Positions 16,978 to 32,392 are shown, numbered from the stretch's first letter. The stretch: 64,000 nt of DNA from Eledone cirrhosa (GCA_964016885.1 OZ024757.1:17112001-17176000); one strand, 5' to 3'. The notes: a model not told the origin generated them from the letters alone. Program-made: numbers and translations.

Positions 16978-17042
16978 TATTTCATTATACATATTTCAGG
17001 GATACCACATTAAATTATGGTATGCCTTCATCAGAAAAAATA
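16978..17042 (-). ncRNA. Type I hammerhead motif (family B), weakened stem I
   Basis: Reverse complement of the 8771 motif with a mismatch in stem I. Confidence 0.65.
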
Positions 17043-17059
17043 CAATATATAACAGTTTT

Positions 17060-17139
<80 letters not shown>

Positions 17140-17277
17140 AATAAGTATGTTTTGAAACAGTGAGCAAGTTAGAAATTAGAAAATAGAATAGCTTTCACCG
17201 TATTTTTGACTAAAGAAATTTTAGCCTGATAATGGGGTTTAGAACCCTCAGATAAATAGAAAAAGATGAGTATTAAC

Positions 17278-17324
<47 letters not shown>

Positions 17325-17350
17325 GTATAATAAACAATACAATATAATTA

Positions 17351-17418
17351 CCTCATTACCAGAGGTTTCCCGAATAAGGCGAATACAAGAAACGTCCTCA
17401 TTCGTTCGTCAGAAACAT
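17351..17418 (-). ncRNA. Hammerhead-like motif with poor stem I
   Basis: Minus strand: CTGACGA; stem II cgaatgagg/ccttattcg; GAAA; cc-tct-gg; TA. Confidence 0.45.
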
Positions 17419-17594
17419 AGTGAAATATTTAAAAAATCTCCTCAAGAAAGGCAAAAGTTTAACGAGCAAAAAAATATATATAAATAAAAGTAATGCAAGA
17501 GATATATAAAAATAAAATAAGGAAATATAAGGTTATATGTATAAATGTGTGTATATGCACCTACAAATGTACATATGTGTGTATGTACAAATGC

Positions 17595-18398
<804 letters not shown>

Positions 18399-18522
18399 AG
18401 GAGGTGAGTTTTATTGTAGTACAATAAAGCAATGTAGATATCGGATAAGAAGCACTCTACAATTTGTAGGACTGGAGTATACATAATATATAAGATCAAA
18501 AGATGGTTAAATGAGTTCCATG

Positions 18523-18593
18523 TATTTTATTATGCGCATTTCAAAAACAAATATCATCATGCAATAATATTTGTGTTTTCATCAGATAAAATA
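18523..18593 (-). ncRNA. Type I hammerhead ribozyme motif (family C)
   Basis: Left arm of an about 140-bp inverted repeat; reverse complement of 18683-18753. Confidence 0.85.
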
Positions 18594-18682
18594 GGAGGAC
18601 ATGATATGAAGGTTAAAAAACACTTGTTGATTTAAAACTGCACTATCCACAAGTGTTTTTTAACCTTCATATCATGTCCTCC

Positions 18683-18753
18683 TATTTTATCTGATGAAAA
18701 CACAAATATTATTGCATGATGATATTTGTTTTTGAAATGCGCATAATAAAATA
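18683..18753 (+). ncRNA. Type I hammerhead ribozyme motif (family C)
   Basis: tattttat CTGATGA aaacacaaatattattgcatgatgatatttgttttt GAAA tgcgca TA ataaaata. Confidence 0.85.
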
Positions 18754-18783
18754 CATGGAACTCATTTAACCATCTTTTGATCT

Positions 18784-18843
<60 letters not shown>

Positions 18844-19925
18844 GTATATATATATATATATAAACCAAATGAAAAAAGATATATATATATATATAGAGAA
18901 AGAGTCACAAATCGGATAAGAAACACTGTATATTGTATATATAACAAATACGTATTCCATAGAAGGTCTAACATATTCCATGGTTTGATTAATTATTTGT
19001 GGCAGTATCGGTAGAGGGTTGGACGCCATGCTTTGACGCATAGAGTTACGGCCCTTGCCAATCTGAGTTCAAATCCAGCCGAGGTTAACTTTGCCTTTCA
19101 TCCTTACGGGGTCGATAAAATAAAGTACCAGTAATGTACTGGAAAATTGCTGGCCTTGTGCCAAAAAAATAGAAACAATTATTTGTGGCAAAATACCAGG
19201 TGAACCATAACGCACCAGAGTACTCAATACTTAGGGTAGTAGAGTGGGTAATAGGAAAAGAGTCAGGACCCCGACGGCTGAGCTCCGGTCGTTTCGACAG
19301 CTAGATCCGAACCATGTATGTATGAGTGCATGTATGTATGTATGTATGTATGTATGTATGTATGTATGTATGTATTATACGTCTGATGGGTGTCATAATA
19401 AAATTAGTTTCCTCGTTCCTGTTAACTATGCAAACAAATAAACACAGCTGATATTTTAAAGAGGGAGTGGGGGAGACGACCCATGCACTCAAGCACACAC
19501 CACAAATAGCGCGGGGGTTTCCTTCTAACAATGTTTGAGGCAAGCCAAAAGGCTCGAAATATTAGCGCCGGAGATGCGTGGCTAAGATGCTTGAATCACG
19601 AAGTACCCTCGCACAGGAGCGTCAGCTGATACCACAGTAAAGCGAGCCGCCAATAGTGTCGAGCACATCGTTGTGAGCGGCACAGCTCCACCAAACGACT
19701 CGAAACTCAAAGGATGTAAAGAACAAAAGAAAAACATTAAAAAAAAAACCAAAAAAAGAAAGACATATAACAATGTTTGGAACGTAACTTAACGAAGGTT
19801 CTTAAAATTATGATGGAAGGCTCTTAAGATAAATATAAATAAATTAATATAAAATCATATTTCATGGAACTAAGGGGTGATTTTGGTATTACAAGAATGA
19901 ATCTAGTGTTTGGAACGTAACTTAA

Positions 19926-20133
19926 CCCTTTAGCATTTACATTACTCTTTATACACCATTGTATTTTTGTGGTAAAGGCTTTATCTTATATGACATCGAA
20001 TTTACGAGATTTTGATGTTATTTATTTTGAGAACAACACCTTAACATCAGTATGAGTGGCCGGTTACAGCCGGTTTGAACAGAAAGAGGTGAGAAAATTC
20101 TGGCTAGATATGGCTGGTTTAAATGCTAAAGGG
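19926..20133. mobile_element. TTAA-target (piggyBac-like) MITE
   Basis: TIR ccctttagcattta/taaatgctaaaggg with TTAA on both sides; more copies at about 51640-51750 and 62115-63440. Confidence 0.8.
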
Positions 20134-20611
20134 TTAACAAAGGTTCTTACATAACATTATGATAGAAGGTTTTAGGATAAACAGTTTCGTGAGTAGATAA
20201 TAATAATATAATTGTTTCTACTTTAGGCACAAGGCCAGCAATTATCCCAGTGTATTACTGGTACTTTATTTTATCGACCCCGTAAGGGTGAAAGGCAAAG
20301 TTAACCTCGGCGGGATTTGAACTCGGACCGTAAAGGGCCGTAACTATGTGCTGCAAAACGTTGCTGGCCTTGTGCCAAAAGAAGAAACAACATTCGGTCT
20401 GTTTATGGTGGAAAGAGGGGCGGTTTCAGGTGGTTTGATACCAAAAAGGTGAAAACCTTTCCTAAATAAAATGTGAAACAGGGTTGTGAATCTGGTCTAA
20501 AATTGTGAAAGAAATATTACAAAATAGTCGGAGCTTTAGATTTCCAAATTTTTGCCTTTTTAAAAAAAAAAACCTCTTGGATTTTTCACATTTTGAACAT
20601 TGCAGATTCAG

Positions 20612-21760
20612 AGTGGTGGTGGTGGTGGTGGTGGTGGTGTTCGTGGTGTTGGTGGTGGTGGTGGTAGTAGTGGTGGTGGTGGTGGTGGTGGTGGTAGTGG
20701 TGGTGGTGGTGGTGGTGGTGGTGATGGTAGTAGTGGTGGTGGTAGTGGTGGTGGTAGTGGTGGTGGTGGTGGTGGTGGTGGTGGTAGTAGTGGTGGTGGT
20801 AGTAGTGGTGGTGGTGGTGGTGGCGGTGGTGATGATGGTAGTAGTGGTGATGGTAGTAGTGGTGATGGTAGTAGTGGTGGTGGTAGTAGTGGTGGTGGTG
20901 GTGGTGATGGTAGTAGTGGTGGTGGTAGTAGTGGTGATGGTGGTGATCGTGGTGGTGGTGGTGGTGGTGGTAGTGTTGATGGTGATGGCGTTGGTGATGG
21001 TGATAGTGTTGATGGTGATGGCGTTGGTGGTTGTGGTAGTAGCGGTGATGGTGGTGGTGGTGATAGTGATGGAGGCTGTGGTAGTAGTAGTGGTGACAAT
21101 GATGGTGGTGGTGGTGGTGATGGGGGGGGGGAGGGGTGATAGAGATGGAGGCCGTGGTAGTAGTGGTGACAGTGATGGTGTTGGTGATAGTGGTAGTGGT
21201 TATGTCTGGATGAAGATAGTGGTTGTGGTAGTGGTAGTGGTGGTGATGGTGATAGTGGTGGTGGTAATGATGGGGATGATGGTAGTGATGGTGATGGTAG
21301 TGATGGTAGTGGTGGTAGTGGTAGTGATGGTGATGGTAGTGGTAGTGATGGTGATGGTAGTGGTAGTGATGGTGATGGTAGTGATGGTGATGGTAGTGGT
21401 AGTGATGGTGATGGTAGTGGTAGTGATGGTGATGGTAGTGATGGTGATGGTAGTGATGGTGATGGTAGTGGTGGTGATGGTAGTGGTAGTGATGGTGATG
21501 GTAGTGGTGGTGATGGTAGTGGTAGTGATGGTGATGGTAGTGGTGGTAGTGATAGTGATGGTAGTGGTGCCCATGGTGGTGTAGTAGTGGTGATCATGGT
21601 GGTTGTGGTGGTGATCATGGTGGTTGTGGTGGTGGTGGTGATGCTAGTGGTAGAGGTAGTGGTGACCATGGTGATGGTGATGGTGATGGTAGTGGTAGTG
21701 ATGTTAATGGTAATGGTAGTGATGGTGATGGTAATGGTGTCAATGGTGGTAGTACTGGTG
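20612..21760. repeat. (GGT/AGT/GAT)n array
   Basis: Triplet array; gives poly-V/G/P/T ORFs in several frames. Confidence 0.95.
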
Positions 21761-22011
21761 AAGACGATCATATATTTATTTCCACAATGGCTGAAAAAAA
21801 CAAAAATAATATATCAGTGAGAAAGAGGGGGGGGGGCTACTGTGAAATTTCCAGATGATTCTCTCCTCTATATATATACTTTTATTATTTTATTTGTATA
21901 TATTATTCATTTTCCAATGGTCTTCATGGTGTGTGTATGTGTGTATATATATATATATATATACCCTGAAGATCACTAGAAAATAAATATATATAAATAA
22001 AATGCTAAAAG

Positions 22012-22043
<32 letters not shown>

Positions 22044-22069
22044 TATACGATTGGAAGGTTAATAAAATT

Positions 22070-22121
<52 letters not shown>

Positions 22122-22175
22122 GTATGTATATATATATATTATGTATATTAGTTCTGTTTGTCTATTTTAATCTTG

Positions 22176-22216
<41 letters not shown>

Positions 22217-22893
22217 AAGCTTATAGCTTATATCGACCTAGAAATATTCCTGTCCTCTGTGTGTAAGACATTGTGTAGAGATATCTACCTCTTATTCAGG
22301 CAGGCTAGAAAGTACAATTTGCAGTAAAACAACGAAGGAAAACTTAACATGGTGACCCAATTTACTAGAAATAGCAGCCAAATATTTCTCGACGTACACC
22401 ATACCATCTTAAAAAATAAAAAGCAAATAGACATTGAACAATATAATTCTGAGTATATTGGAAACAGTTTGTCCCTGGGGACAACTGGACGAGATGTTCG
22501 TAATTGGAATGTCTTCGAGCGTAGGTCTACTGGATCATGGCCGCCACTGAGATGGGGAGAGGGGGGGGGGGGTGTTAAACAACAGCTACAAATTGCAAGA
22601 GACTTGGCAGTTTCTCTCGAGAAAATTTCAATGGATTACTAACTATAAAGTATATAAGGTGCGAAAATAAACCCTTTGTCAGTTTATATATATATATATA
22701 TATTATTGCCTATATATAAAACGAAACAAAAGTGATCATTAACCTTCGTATCACATGCAAACGACATGCAGAAGAGCAGGGAGCTAATATATACATATGT
22801 TTATATAATATGTATATGTTATATATAATATATATGTTATATTTGTAATTACATGTATAATATATATATATACACATATAATATAAACATACA

Positions 22894-22924
<31 letters not shown>

Positions 22925-22983
22925 GTTTAGCATGGAAGATGGACGTTAAACGATGATGATGATGATGATGTGTATGTTTATAT

Positions 22984-23024
<41 letters not shown>

Positions 23025-23190
23025 CATGTAATTACAATATATATATATTATACATGTAATTACAAATATAACATATATATATATGTATATTATACATGTA
23101 ATTACAAATATAACATATATATATATATATATATATACATACACACATATATATATATATACACATATATTACACACACACACATACATT

Positions 23191-23226
<36 letters not shown>

Positions 23227-23730
23227 GCGTAACACAGCCATTACTACGTTTCTTATACTATAGAGCCATTCCATCGTTTATGGTACACCCCCGCCGCTAA
23301 TTAACTATGTCGCTCAACAGAAGATCACAGTAGTGGCAGAGAGGTAGAGAGGTAGGGAAGGTAGAGGGTGAGACTGAGGCGAGGGTGGGGGAGGCAGTAG
23401 CAATAACTGCAGGAACAACAATAATAGCAATACCCCCACCACAACCACCACCATCACCGCCACCACTATCACCGCCACCACCACAACCACAACCATCACC
23501 AACACCAACAACAGCAGTCACAACAATAAGAACAACGGCAATCACAAACTACAATAACAACAATAGTAACAGTCACTGTTAGAAATAGCAGCCGTATCTC
23601 CCTCAAATTAACTGTATCCTCTTATAGAAGGAGAGGACATATTAAATACTGTGTCTTTAAAAAAGACGAGATGGTCATAGCTGGAAAGCTTTTGATCATA
23701 TGTCTGCTCAATCAGGTTGACCTAGGGTTA

Positions 23731-23761
<31 letters not shown>

Positions 23762-24967
23762 CCAGCAGCAATAACAACGACAATATCCCCATAACCATCA
23801 TCATCGTTGCAATCATGTTTATCACCACCACCACCACCATTATAACCTTCATATTTATCATCATCATCATCAGAACAATTTCACAGCGTAGTCCAAGGTT
23901 GACTATACCAGTAAAACAAAAATTGGTCGGATGGTCACGGCCGGAATCCACTTGATCACAGGTTAACTCAATTAGGATTCACCTTGGGTTAAACAACAAG
24001 AACGAACGACATTATGAAGAGTTGTTGTTCTTGTTTAACCCTAGGCCATTCTTAAACGAGCAGATTTAGATATGATGAAAATCATTCTAGCAGTAACTAT
24101 CCGGTCTCTTTTTATTTATTTATTTAATTATTTATTTGTTTATTTTAGAAGACAGAGTATCTAATACTATCTGATGTGTCCCTCTTTTATTTTAAGCCGA
24201 ATGAGGTTTGGCTGCTATTTTTAACAAGGTCAACTGGCCACGTAAAAGCTTCTCTTCTGGAGAACAATTTCAAATTGTCTTGGCGCTATGTGTAAATGTG
24301 TTTGTGTGTGTGTGGGCATATATATATATATATATACACATATATATATGTATACACATATATAATATATATATACACGTGTATGTATGTATGTACATAT
24401 ATACACCTATAGACGGCGGGGGGGGGGGTCTAATATGTTAATCTTTGTCTCTCTTTGTTTGTGTGTGTGTGTATATATGTATATATATATTTATAGTATA
24501 TTAATAAATGGAAACTATATTTATAAAACCATAATTATTTTATTATATATATCTCAAGGGCAACCAAGGCACATTTTGGTGCGCTTTCATCAGATAATCA
24601 TTTATTTCTGAAATAGCTGTCGAAACGGCTTGAGCTCTGCCGTCGGGGTCATACTTTTTCCCATTACCCACTCTACTACCCTAAGTATTGAGTACTCTGG
24701 TGCGTTATGGTCCATCTGGTTCCTTACCACAATTCCTTCGTTATATATATATATATAACTGTTTCTACTTTAGGCACAAGGCCAGCAATTACCCAGTACA
24801 TTACTGGTACTTTATTTTATCGACCCCGTAAGGATGAAAGGCAAAGTTAACCTTTATATATATATAACGAGGTTAACTTTGCCTTTCATCCTTACGGGGT
24901 CGTCGATAAAATAAAGTACCAGTAATACACTGGGTATTTGCTGGCCTTGTGCCAACAGTAGAAATAG

Positions 24968-24999
<32 letters not shown>

Positions 25000-25061
25000 C
25001 GAAGGAATTGTGGGTGCCCCAGCATGGCCTCAGCCGGATGGCTGAAACAGGTAAAAGAGTA

Positions 25062-25167
<106 letters not shown>

Positions 25168-25409
25168 TTAACACATTGCGTGTATACTCCATATCAATAC
25201 ATCTATATACATACATGTGTACATGTATGTATATACATTCATGTATACATGTATGTATCCACACATATGTATGTATACATATGTGTATCGTTGCGGAGGT
25301 TACCAGCTTCCGGTATGAGAGATGGGATACTAACCCATTCATGTCTTTCACAATTGGGAATGCTCTTGTTGAGGCGGTGACGGCGAGGAAGGAGGGGACC
25401 GTGTTGGGA

Positions 25410-26642
25410 ATAGTAGTGGTGGCGGTGGTGGTGGTTGTGGTGGCGGTTGTGGTGGAGGTGATGGTGGTGGTGGTGGTGGTAGTGGAGGTGATGGTGGTGG
25501 TGGTAGTGGAGGTGATAGTGGTGGTGATAGTAGTGGAGGTGATGGTCGTGGTAGTGGTGGTGATAGTGGTAGTGGTAGTGGTGGTGGTGATAGTGGTGGT
25601 GGTGATAGTAATGGTGGTGGTGGTGGTGGTGGTAGTGGAGGTGATGGTGGAGGTGATAGTGGAGGTGATGGTGGTGGTGGTAGTGGTGGTGGTGATAGTA
25701 GTGGTGGTGGAGGTGATGGTGGTGGTGGTAGTGGAGGTGGTAATGGTGGTGGTGGAGGCGATCGTGTTGGTGGGGCTAGTGGTGGAGATGGTGGAGGTGG
25801 TAGTGGTGATCGCGTTGGTGGTGGAGTTGATGGTTGTGGTGGTGGTGATGGTGGTGGTGATAGTGGTGGTGGTGGTGATCGTGTTGGTAGTGGTGGTGGT
25901 GGGGTTATGGATGAGAGTGACAACTCTCAATCCCTTACCTCCACAACCATCACCACCACTACCACCACCACCTTTACCCCCACTACCAACAACCACACCA
26001 AACCAAACCAACACCCATACCATCACCATGACCACCTCCACTACCACCACAATCACCAATAACTATACCAAACCAATACCCATACCATCACCATCACCAC
26101 CACTTCCACTACCACCAACAACAACCACACCAATAGCACCACCACCACCACCACTACCAACAACTACACCAAACCAACACCCATACCATCACCATCACCA
26201 CCACTTCCACTATCACCAACAACAACCACACCACCACCACCACTACCAACAACTACACCAAACCAACACCCATACCATCACCATCACCACCACTTCCACT
26301 AACAACAACCCACCACCACCACCACTACCAACAACTACACCAAACAAACACCCATACCATCACCATCACCACCACTTCCACTACCACCAACAACAACCAC
26401 ACCACCACCACCATTACCAACAACTACACCAAACCAACACCCATACCATCACCATCATCACCACTTCCACTACCACCAACAACAACCACACCAATAGCAC
26501 CACCACCACCACCACTACCAACAACTACACCAAACCAACACCCATACCATCACCATCAACACCGCCATCGCCACCTCCACTACCACCACCACTTCCACTA
26601 CCACCACCAACAGCACCACCACCACCACCACCACCACCACCT
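25410..26642. repeat. (GGT)n-type array abutting an inverted (CAC)n-type array
   Basis: Strand polarity switches at about 25905-25940. Confidence 0.9.
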
Positions 26643-27164
26643 CGACAAGGATAGCTTGAAACTTTTCGTTACAATATTTAAGTAATTTTGAAAACAAAAA
26701 ATATTTCACATTATTAAGCTTACGTCTGGAACATAACTTAACAAAGGTTCTTATATAATTAATTATGATGGACTGTTTTTAGATAAATATAAACACGTTA
26801 AAATATATAGTTTTGTAATGTAAATTTAGTAATATTTCACATTAATTAAGCTTGTCTGGAACATAACTTAACAAAGGTTCTCAGAAAATTATGATAAACA
26901 GTATTGTAATATAGAACCAGGGGTAGTTTCATGTGGTTTGGTATTAAAAGGGTGAAAGGCTTCTAATTTAGGCACAAGGCCAGCAATTTGGAGCGTAAAG
27001 GAAAGTTGATTATATCGACCAGTATTTGACTGGTACTTTATTGCATTGAACCCAAGGAAGATAAAAGGCCGAGTTGATCTCGCCGAGATTTGAACTAAGA
27101 ACGTAAAGATATACTTTCAATGGCGGAAGGTTTGGCATTGGATAACTGTAAGTTGTCAGGTAGT

Positions 27165-27341
27165 TCGTGTGTGTGTGTCGTATGTGTGTGTGTGAGAGAG
27201 AGGGAGAGAGAGTGTGTGTGTGTCGTATGTATGTGTGAGAGAGAGAGAGAGAGAGTGCGTGTATGTGTGAGAGAGAGAGTGTGTGTGTGTCGTATGTATG
27301 TGTGTGAGAGAGAGAGAGAGAGAGAGTGTGTGTCGTATGTA

Positions 27342-27431
<90 letters not shown>

Positions 27432-28119
27432 TGTGTCGTATGTATGTGTGAGAGAGAGAGTGTGTGTGTGTCGTATGTATGTGTGAGAGAGAGAGAGTGT
27501 GTGTGAGTCGTATGTATGTGTGAGAGAGAGAGAGTGTTTGTGTCGTATGTATGTGTGTGAGAGAGAGAGAGAGTGTGTGTGTGTCGTATGTATGTGTGAG
27601 AGAGAGAGAGAGAGTGTGTGTGTGTCGTATGTATGTGTGAGAGAGAGAGAGAGAGAGTGTGTGTGTGTGTCGTATGTATGTGTGAGAGAGAGAGACAGTG
27701 TGTGTGTGTCGTATGTATGTGTGAGAGAGAGAGAGAGTGTGTGTGTGTCGTATGTATGTGTGAGAGAGAGAGTGTGTGTGTGTCGTATGTATGTGTGAGA
27801 GAGAGAGAGTGTGTGTGTCGTATGTATGTGAGAGAGATAGATAGAGAGAGTGTGTGTGTGTGTGTATATGTGTGAGAGAGAGAGAGAGAGTGTGTGTGTA
27901 TGTGTGTGTGTGAGAGAGAGAGAGTATGTGTGTGTGAGAGAGAGAGAGAGTGTGTGTGTGTCGTATGTATGTGAGAGAGAGAGAGAGAGTGTGTGTGTGT
28001 CGTATGTATGTGAGAGAGAGAGAGAGAGTGTGTGTGTGTATGTGTGAGAGAGAGAGAGAGAGTGTGTGTGTGTGTCGTATGTATGTGTGAGAGAGAGAGA
28101 AAGAGAAAGAGAGAGAGTA

Positions 28120-28165
<46 letters not shown>

Positions 28166-28560
28166 TGTGTGTGTATGTGTGCGTATGCATGTGTATGTGA
28201 GAGAGAGAGAGGGAGAGTGTGTAAGAGAGAGAGAGAGAGTTTGTGTGTGTCTGTGTGAGAGTGTGCGTATGCAAGTGTATGTGTATGTGAGAGAGAGGGA
28301 GTGTGTAAAAGAGAGAGAGTTTGTGTGTGTAAGAAAGAGTTTGTGTGTAAGAGAGAGTTTGAGTGTATGTCAGAGAAAGAGAGAGAGTTTAAATGTATAT
28401 GTGTGTGTGAGAGAGAGAGTTTGTGTGTATGAGAGAGAGTTTATGTGTATGAGAGAGAGAGCTTGTGTGTGTGTGTGTGTGAGAGAGAAAGAGATTTGTG
28501 CATGTGTGAGAGAGAGAAAGTTTGTGTGTGTGTATATGCACGTGTGAATGTGGGTATATA
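27165..28560. repeat. Compound (GA)n(GT)n-cgtatgtat minisatellite
   Basis: Repeated cgtatgtatgtgtg anchors between GA and GT runs; a similar tract lies at 35305-36330. Confidence 0.9.
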
Positions 28561-28744
28561 CGTTGTGTATGTGAGTGTACATGTGTGTATACATGTTTAT
28601 ATGCATGTGTGTGTACATGGGCGCGTGCATATGTGTATGCAGGTGTGTATATCCGTGTATGTGTGAGTATGTTTGAGTATACGCGTGTGTGCCTGTGTAG
28701 GTGTTGGCTTTTGTTTCTCTCAAGGAAGACTGCGCAGTGCACAC

Positions 28745-29400
28745 TACATGGAATGGAGTTCCACTGAAGCAGGTAGAGCAGCTCAAGTATCTCGGGTCCG
28801 TGTTCACGAGTGATGGAAGCCAAGAGGCTGAATCAAGTGCAAGATATGCATGAGCTGGTGCAGTAATGTGCCAGCTTCAACATCCGGTAATCAGAAGAAG
28901 AGAGGTAGGTGTCAAAGCTAAACTCGCTATCTACAATTCGGTATTCATGCCAAACCTTACCTACGGTCAGGACTCTTGGGTAATGACCGAAAGAATACGA
29001 TCGTGAATATAAGCGACCGAAATGGGGTTCCTCCAAAGGGTCTTTGGAGTAAGGTTACTCGATAGAGTGCGTAGATCAGAGATCAGAGATCAGAGAGTCA
29101 CATCAGGTAGAGGCGTTACTTCTCCGAACTGAGTGGTCACAGTTCCGATATTGTGGACATGTGGTTAGAATGTCTCAGGAAAGAATCACTGGACAGATTT
29201 TATGGGCAAAACTAACCGGTAGGAGACCCAGAAGTAAACCCCGAACAAGATGGTTGGATAATATCGATCAGCTTGGCTGCTCTCGATTGGGGACCCAGCC
29301 AGATCAGTTAGAGACAGTTGCTTCTAACAGGACCTGCTGGAAGGAATGTTTGAGGATTCTGTCCTCACAACCTTCTCGGGAATAAGTGGGCGAAGAAGAA
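28745..29400 (+). mobile_element. RTE-clade LINE, 5'-truncated and decayed ORF C-terminus
   Basis: Translates to QVEQLKYLGSVFTSDG, KLAIYNSVFMPNLTYG, EMGFLQRV, GHVVRM and GRRPRSKPRTRWLD, with stops; (gaa)n tail. Confidence 0.9.
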
Positions 29401-30344
29401 CATATATGTGTGTGTGTGAGCCTATCTATAAGTTTGTCTTTGTGTGTATCTATCTATATACTAGCTATATTATCGATTTCTAATTAAAGCACTCTAAAAA
29501 GTCTAAAGTCTCTCTTAAGGCAGAAGGTTCATTTGGCCGGTGCTTATCTCTGTTTCATGGCGTGAAGCGACTGAGAGAACAAGACACGCTCCTGGACAGG
29601 ACGCCAGTCTATCTGGGTTTTAACCCCCCAGCTATTGCTGGTACTCATTTTCAGTTGAGTATACTGGAGCAACGTGAAATGAAGAGTTTTGCTCAAGAAC
29701 ACAACACGTAACCCAGGAATCGAACCCACAACATTATGATCGTAAGTCCAACACCCTTACCACTAGGCCACGTGCCTCCACTAATTAAGGCACTAGGGTA
29801 GCAAATATTGGGGAAAGGGCAAAGTTGATTAAATCAATCCCAGTACTCGACTGGTACTTTATTTTATCGATCCCGCACTGATAAATAACAAAATTGACCT
29901 CGGCATATAGAGAACCAGAATAAATACTACAATGGCATTTTCTCCAATGCTCCACCAACCCACCATCGGTTTCTGATTTAGGCACAATGACAGCAATTTG
30001 GGGAGAGGAGGGGGAAATCGATTAAATCAACCGCAGTGCATTACTGGTACTTTATTTTATCGACCCCGTTAGGATGAAAAGCAAAGCTAACCTCGGCAGG
30101 ATTTGAACTCAGATTGTAAAGGCCCGTAACTCTGTGCCGCAAAACATGTCAGACGCTCTACCAATTCTACCAATCCACCGCCCTTTGCTAGCTGTAATAT
30201 CAATAACTAAAATATGTTAATGGAGATATTTATTTAATGCTATCCGAAATAATTCCATTTTTCTTTAATTCCGTAAAAAGATTCACACTCGAAACTTATT
30301 AATCCACATCTTGCAATGACAAAAGACCTTACTGAAATAACAAG

Positions 30345-31085
30345 TTTTAGGGGCTGGGGTTTTATTGGTTTCTCAGTAATATGGGGGGTTTATATCGTGT
30401 AATAACAAGTTTAAGGGCTCTTTCGGTAATATTAGGTTTATATCGTGTAATAACAAGTTTAAGGGCTCTTTCGGTAATATTTGGGTTTATATCGTGTAAT
30501 AACAAGTTTAAGGGCTCTTTCGGTAATATTTGGGTTTATATCGTGTAATAACAAGTTTAAGGGCTCTTTCGGTAATATTAGAGTTTATATCGTGTAATAA
30601 CAAGTTTAAGGGTTATCTGTAATATTAGGGTTTATATAGTGTAATATTAAGTTTAAGGGCTCTCTCGGTAATATTAAGGTTTATATTGTGTAATAACAAG
30701 TTTAAGGGATCTTTATAAACCCTTCAGTAATACTGGGGGCTTATATATAGTGTAATATCAAGTTTAAGGGTTCTCAGTAATTGAGGGGGGGGGGTTATAT
30801 CGAATAATAAGTTTAAGGGCTCCCGCATAGGTTTTTTTTTAGGGGGGGGGGGGTATATCGCGTCGTATCAAGTTTGAGGGTTCTTTATAAATCCTTCAGT
30901 AATATCGGGAGTTTATATCGATTCATATCAAGTTTAAGGGGTCATTATGAGTCCCTCAGAAATATTGGGAGGTTTATATCGGGTAATAACAAGTTTAAGG
31001 ACTTTTTCTAAGTCCCTCGGAAATATTGGGAGGTTTATATCGGGTAATAACAAGTTTAAGGACTCTTTATAAGTCCCTCAGTAAT
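30345..31085. repeat. 48-49-bp minisatellite
   Basis: tttatatcgtgtaataacaagtttaagggctctttcggtaatatt is repeated, with more diverged units at the edges. Confidence 0.9.
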
Positions 31086-32143
31086 ATACACTTTTTTTCT
31101 GGTTTCAGCCATTAGACTACGGCCATGCTGGGGCACCAACTTGAAAGGATTTAGTCGAACATATCGTCCCTAGTACGTATGAATTAATAAACAACAGCAA
31201 CACATGAGCCCCTATATGGTTGTTTGATCTGCTAGAAACTACAGTCAAATTTCCCTCAAATCACACCCTAATGTCTTAAATAAAGAAACGACCAATGCAG
31301 AGTCCAAAAAAGACTGGATGGTCATGACTGGAATGTCTTTGACCATAGATCTGCTTGCTCGAACAGGGTTGACCATGGGCTAAACAACAACAATCAGCTA
31401 TTTTGACTGATTTTGCCATTAAACATCACTGAGTTTGCAATATAAGTGGAATGTTTCTCTAGATGGTGAGATCGGGTAATGTGGATAGAGAGAGGGAGGG
31501 AAAGAGAGAGAGAGAGTTAGGAAGGGAGAGAGAGGGAGGGAGTGAGGCAGGGACAGAGAGAAGGAGAGAGAGTGAAGGAGCGGAAGAGAGTGAGGGAGAT
31601 GTGAAAGCGTGATACAGAGGGAAAGACAATGTGTGTGTGGAAAAGAAGGAGAGATAGAGAGGGGGAGAGGGAGAGAGAAAGAAAGCAAGTTGAATGGAGA
31701 GAGAGAGAGAAAGCAAGTTGAATAGACTTATGTGTATTAATCGAAGGAGAAAAGAGACAGATTAAAAGAGAGAGGGAGGGAGGGGGGGGGGAGATGGGGG
31801 AGAGAGAGGACGATAAGGTAGAAAAGGAAGTAGAGAGAGAGAAGGAAGTGGAGAGAGAGAGAACGTGTGTGTGTGTGTGTGTGTGTGTGATTAACTTGCT
31901 GACTGCTTGGCTGTTCCAGCATGTGTTTACCCTCCCACTCAAGACTGGTGGCTGCAGTCCTTAGACCTTGTATCAAAGGTTTGTTACAGAAAACATGGCC
32001 ACAGTATTTATATGTTCGTTACTAGAGATATTGTTGTTATATATTGTTATGGAATGTTTGTGTGTGAAGAGTTTAATATAGCAGAAGAGCTGAACAGTTT
32101 ATGATGATTATGATACAGACGGCTAGATAGATAAGGAGGGACA

Positions 32144-32193
<50 letters not shown>

Positions 32194-32227
32194 GAGAGAG
32201 AGATAAAGAGACGTGTATATATATATA

Positions 32228-32258
<31 letters not shown>

Positions 32259-32392
32259 GTGGTGGATAGATAGATTGATTGAAATAAAGGCATATAGATG
32301 GATAGATAGACAAACAGGCAGACAGATAGTCAGACATACATGGATTAGATAGTTGATATATATAGACAGATAGATAGATAGATAGATAGATA

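Noticed and set aside
25335-25352. 11-nt match to the 5' end of miR-71 on the minus strand
   Set aside because: The rest of the mature sequence differs and no pre-miRNA hairpin forms.
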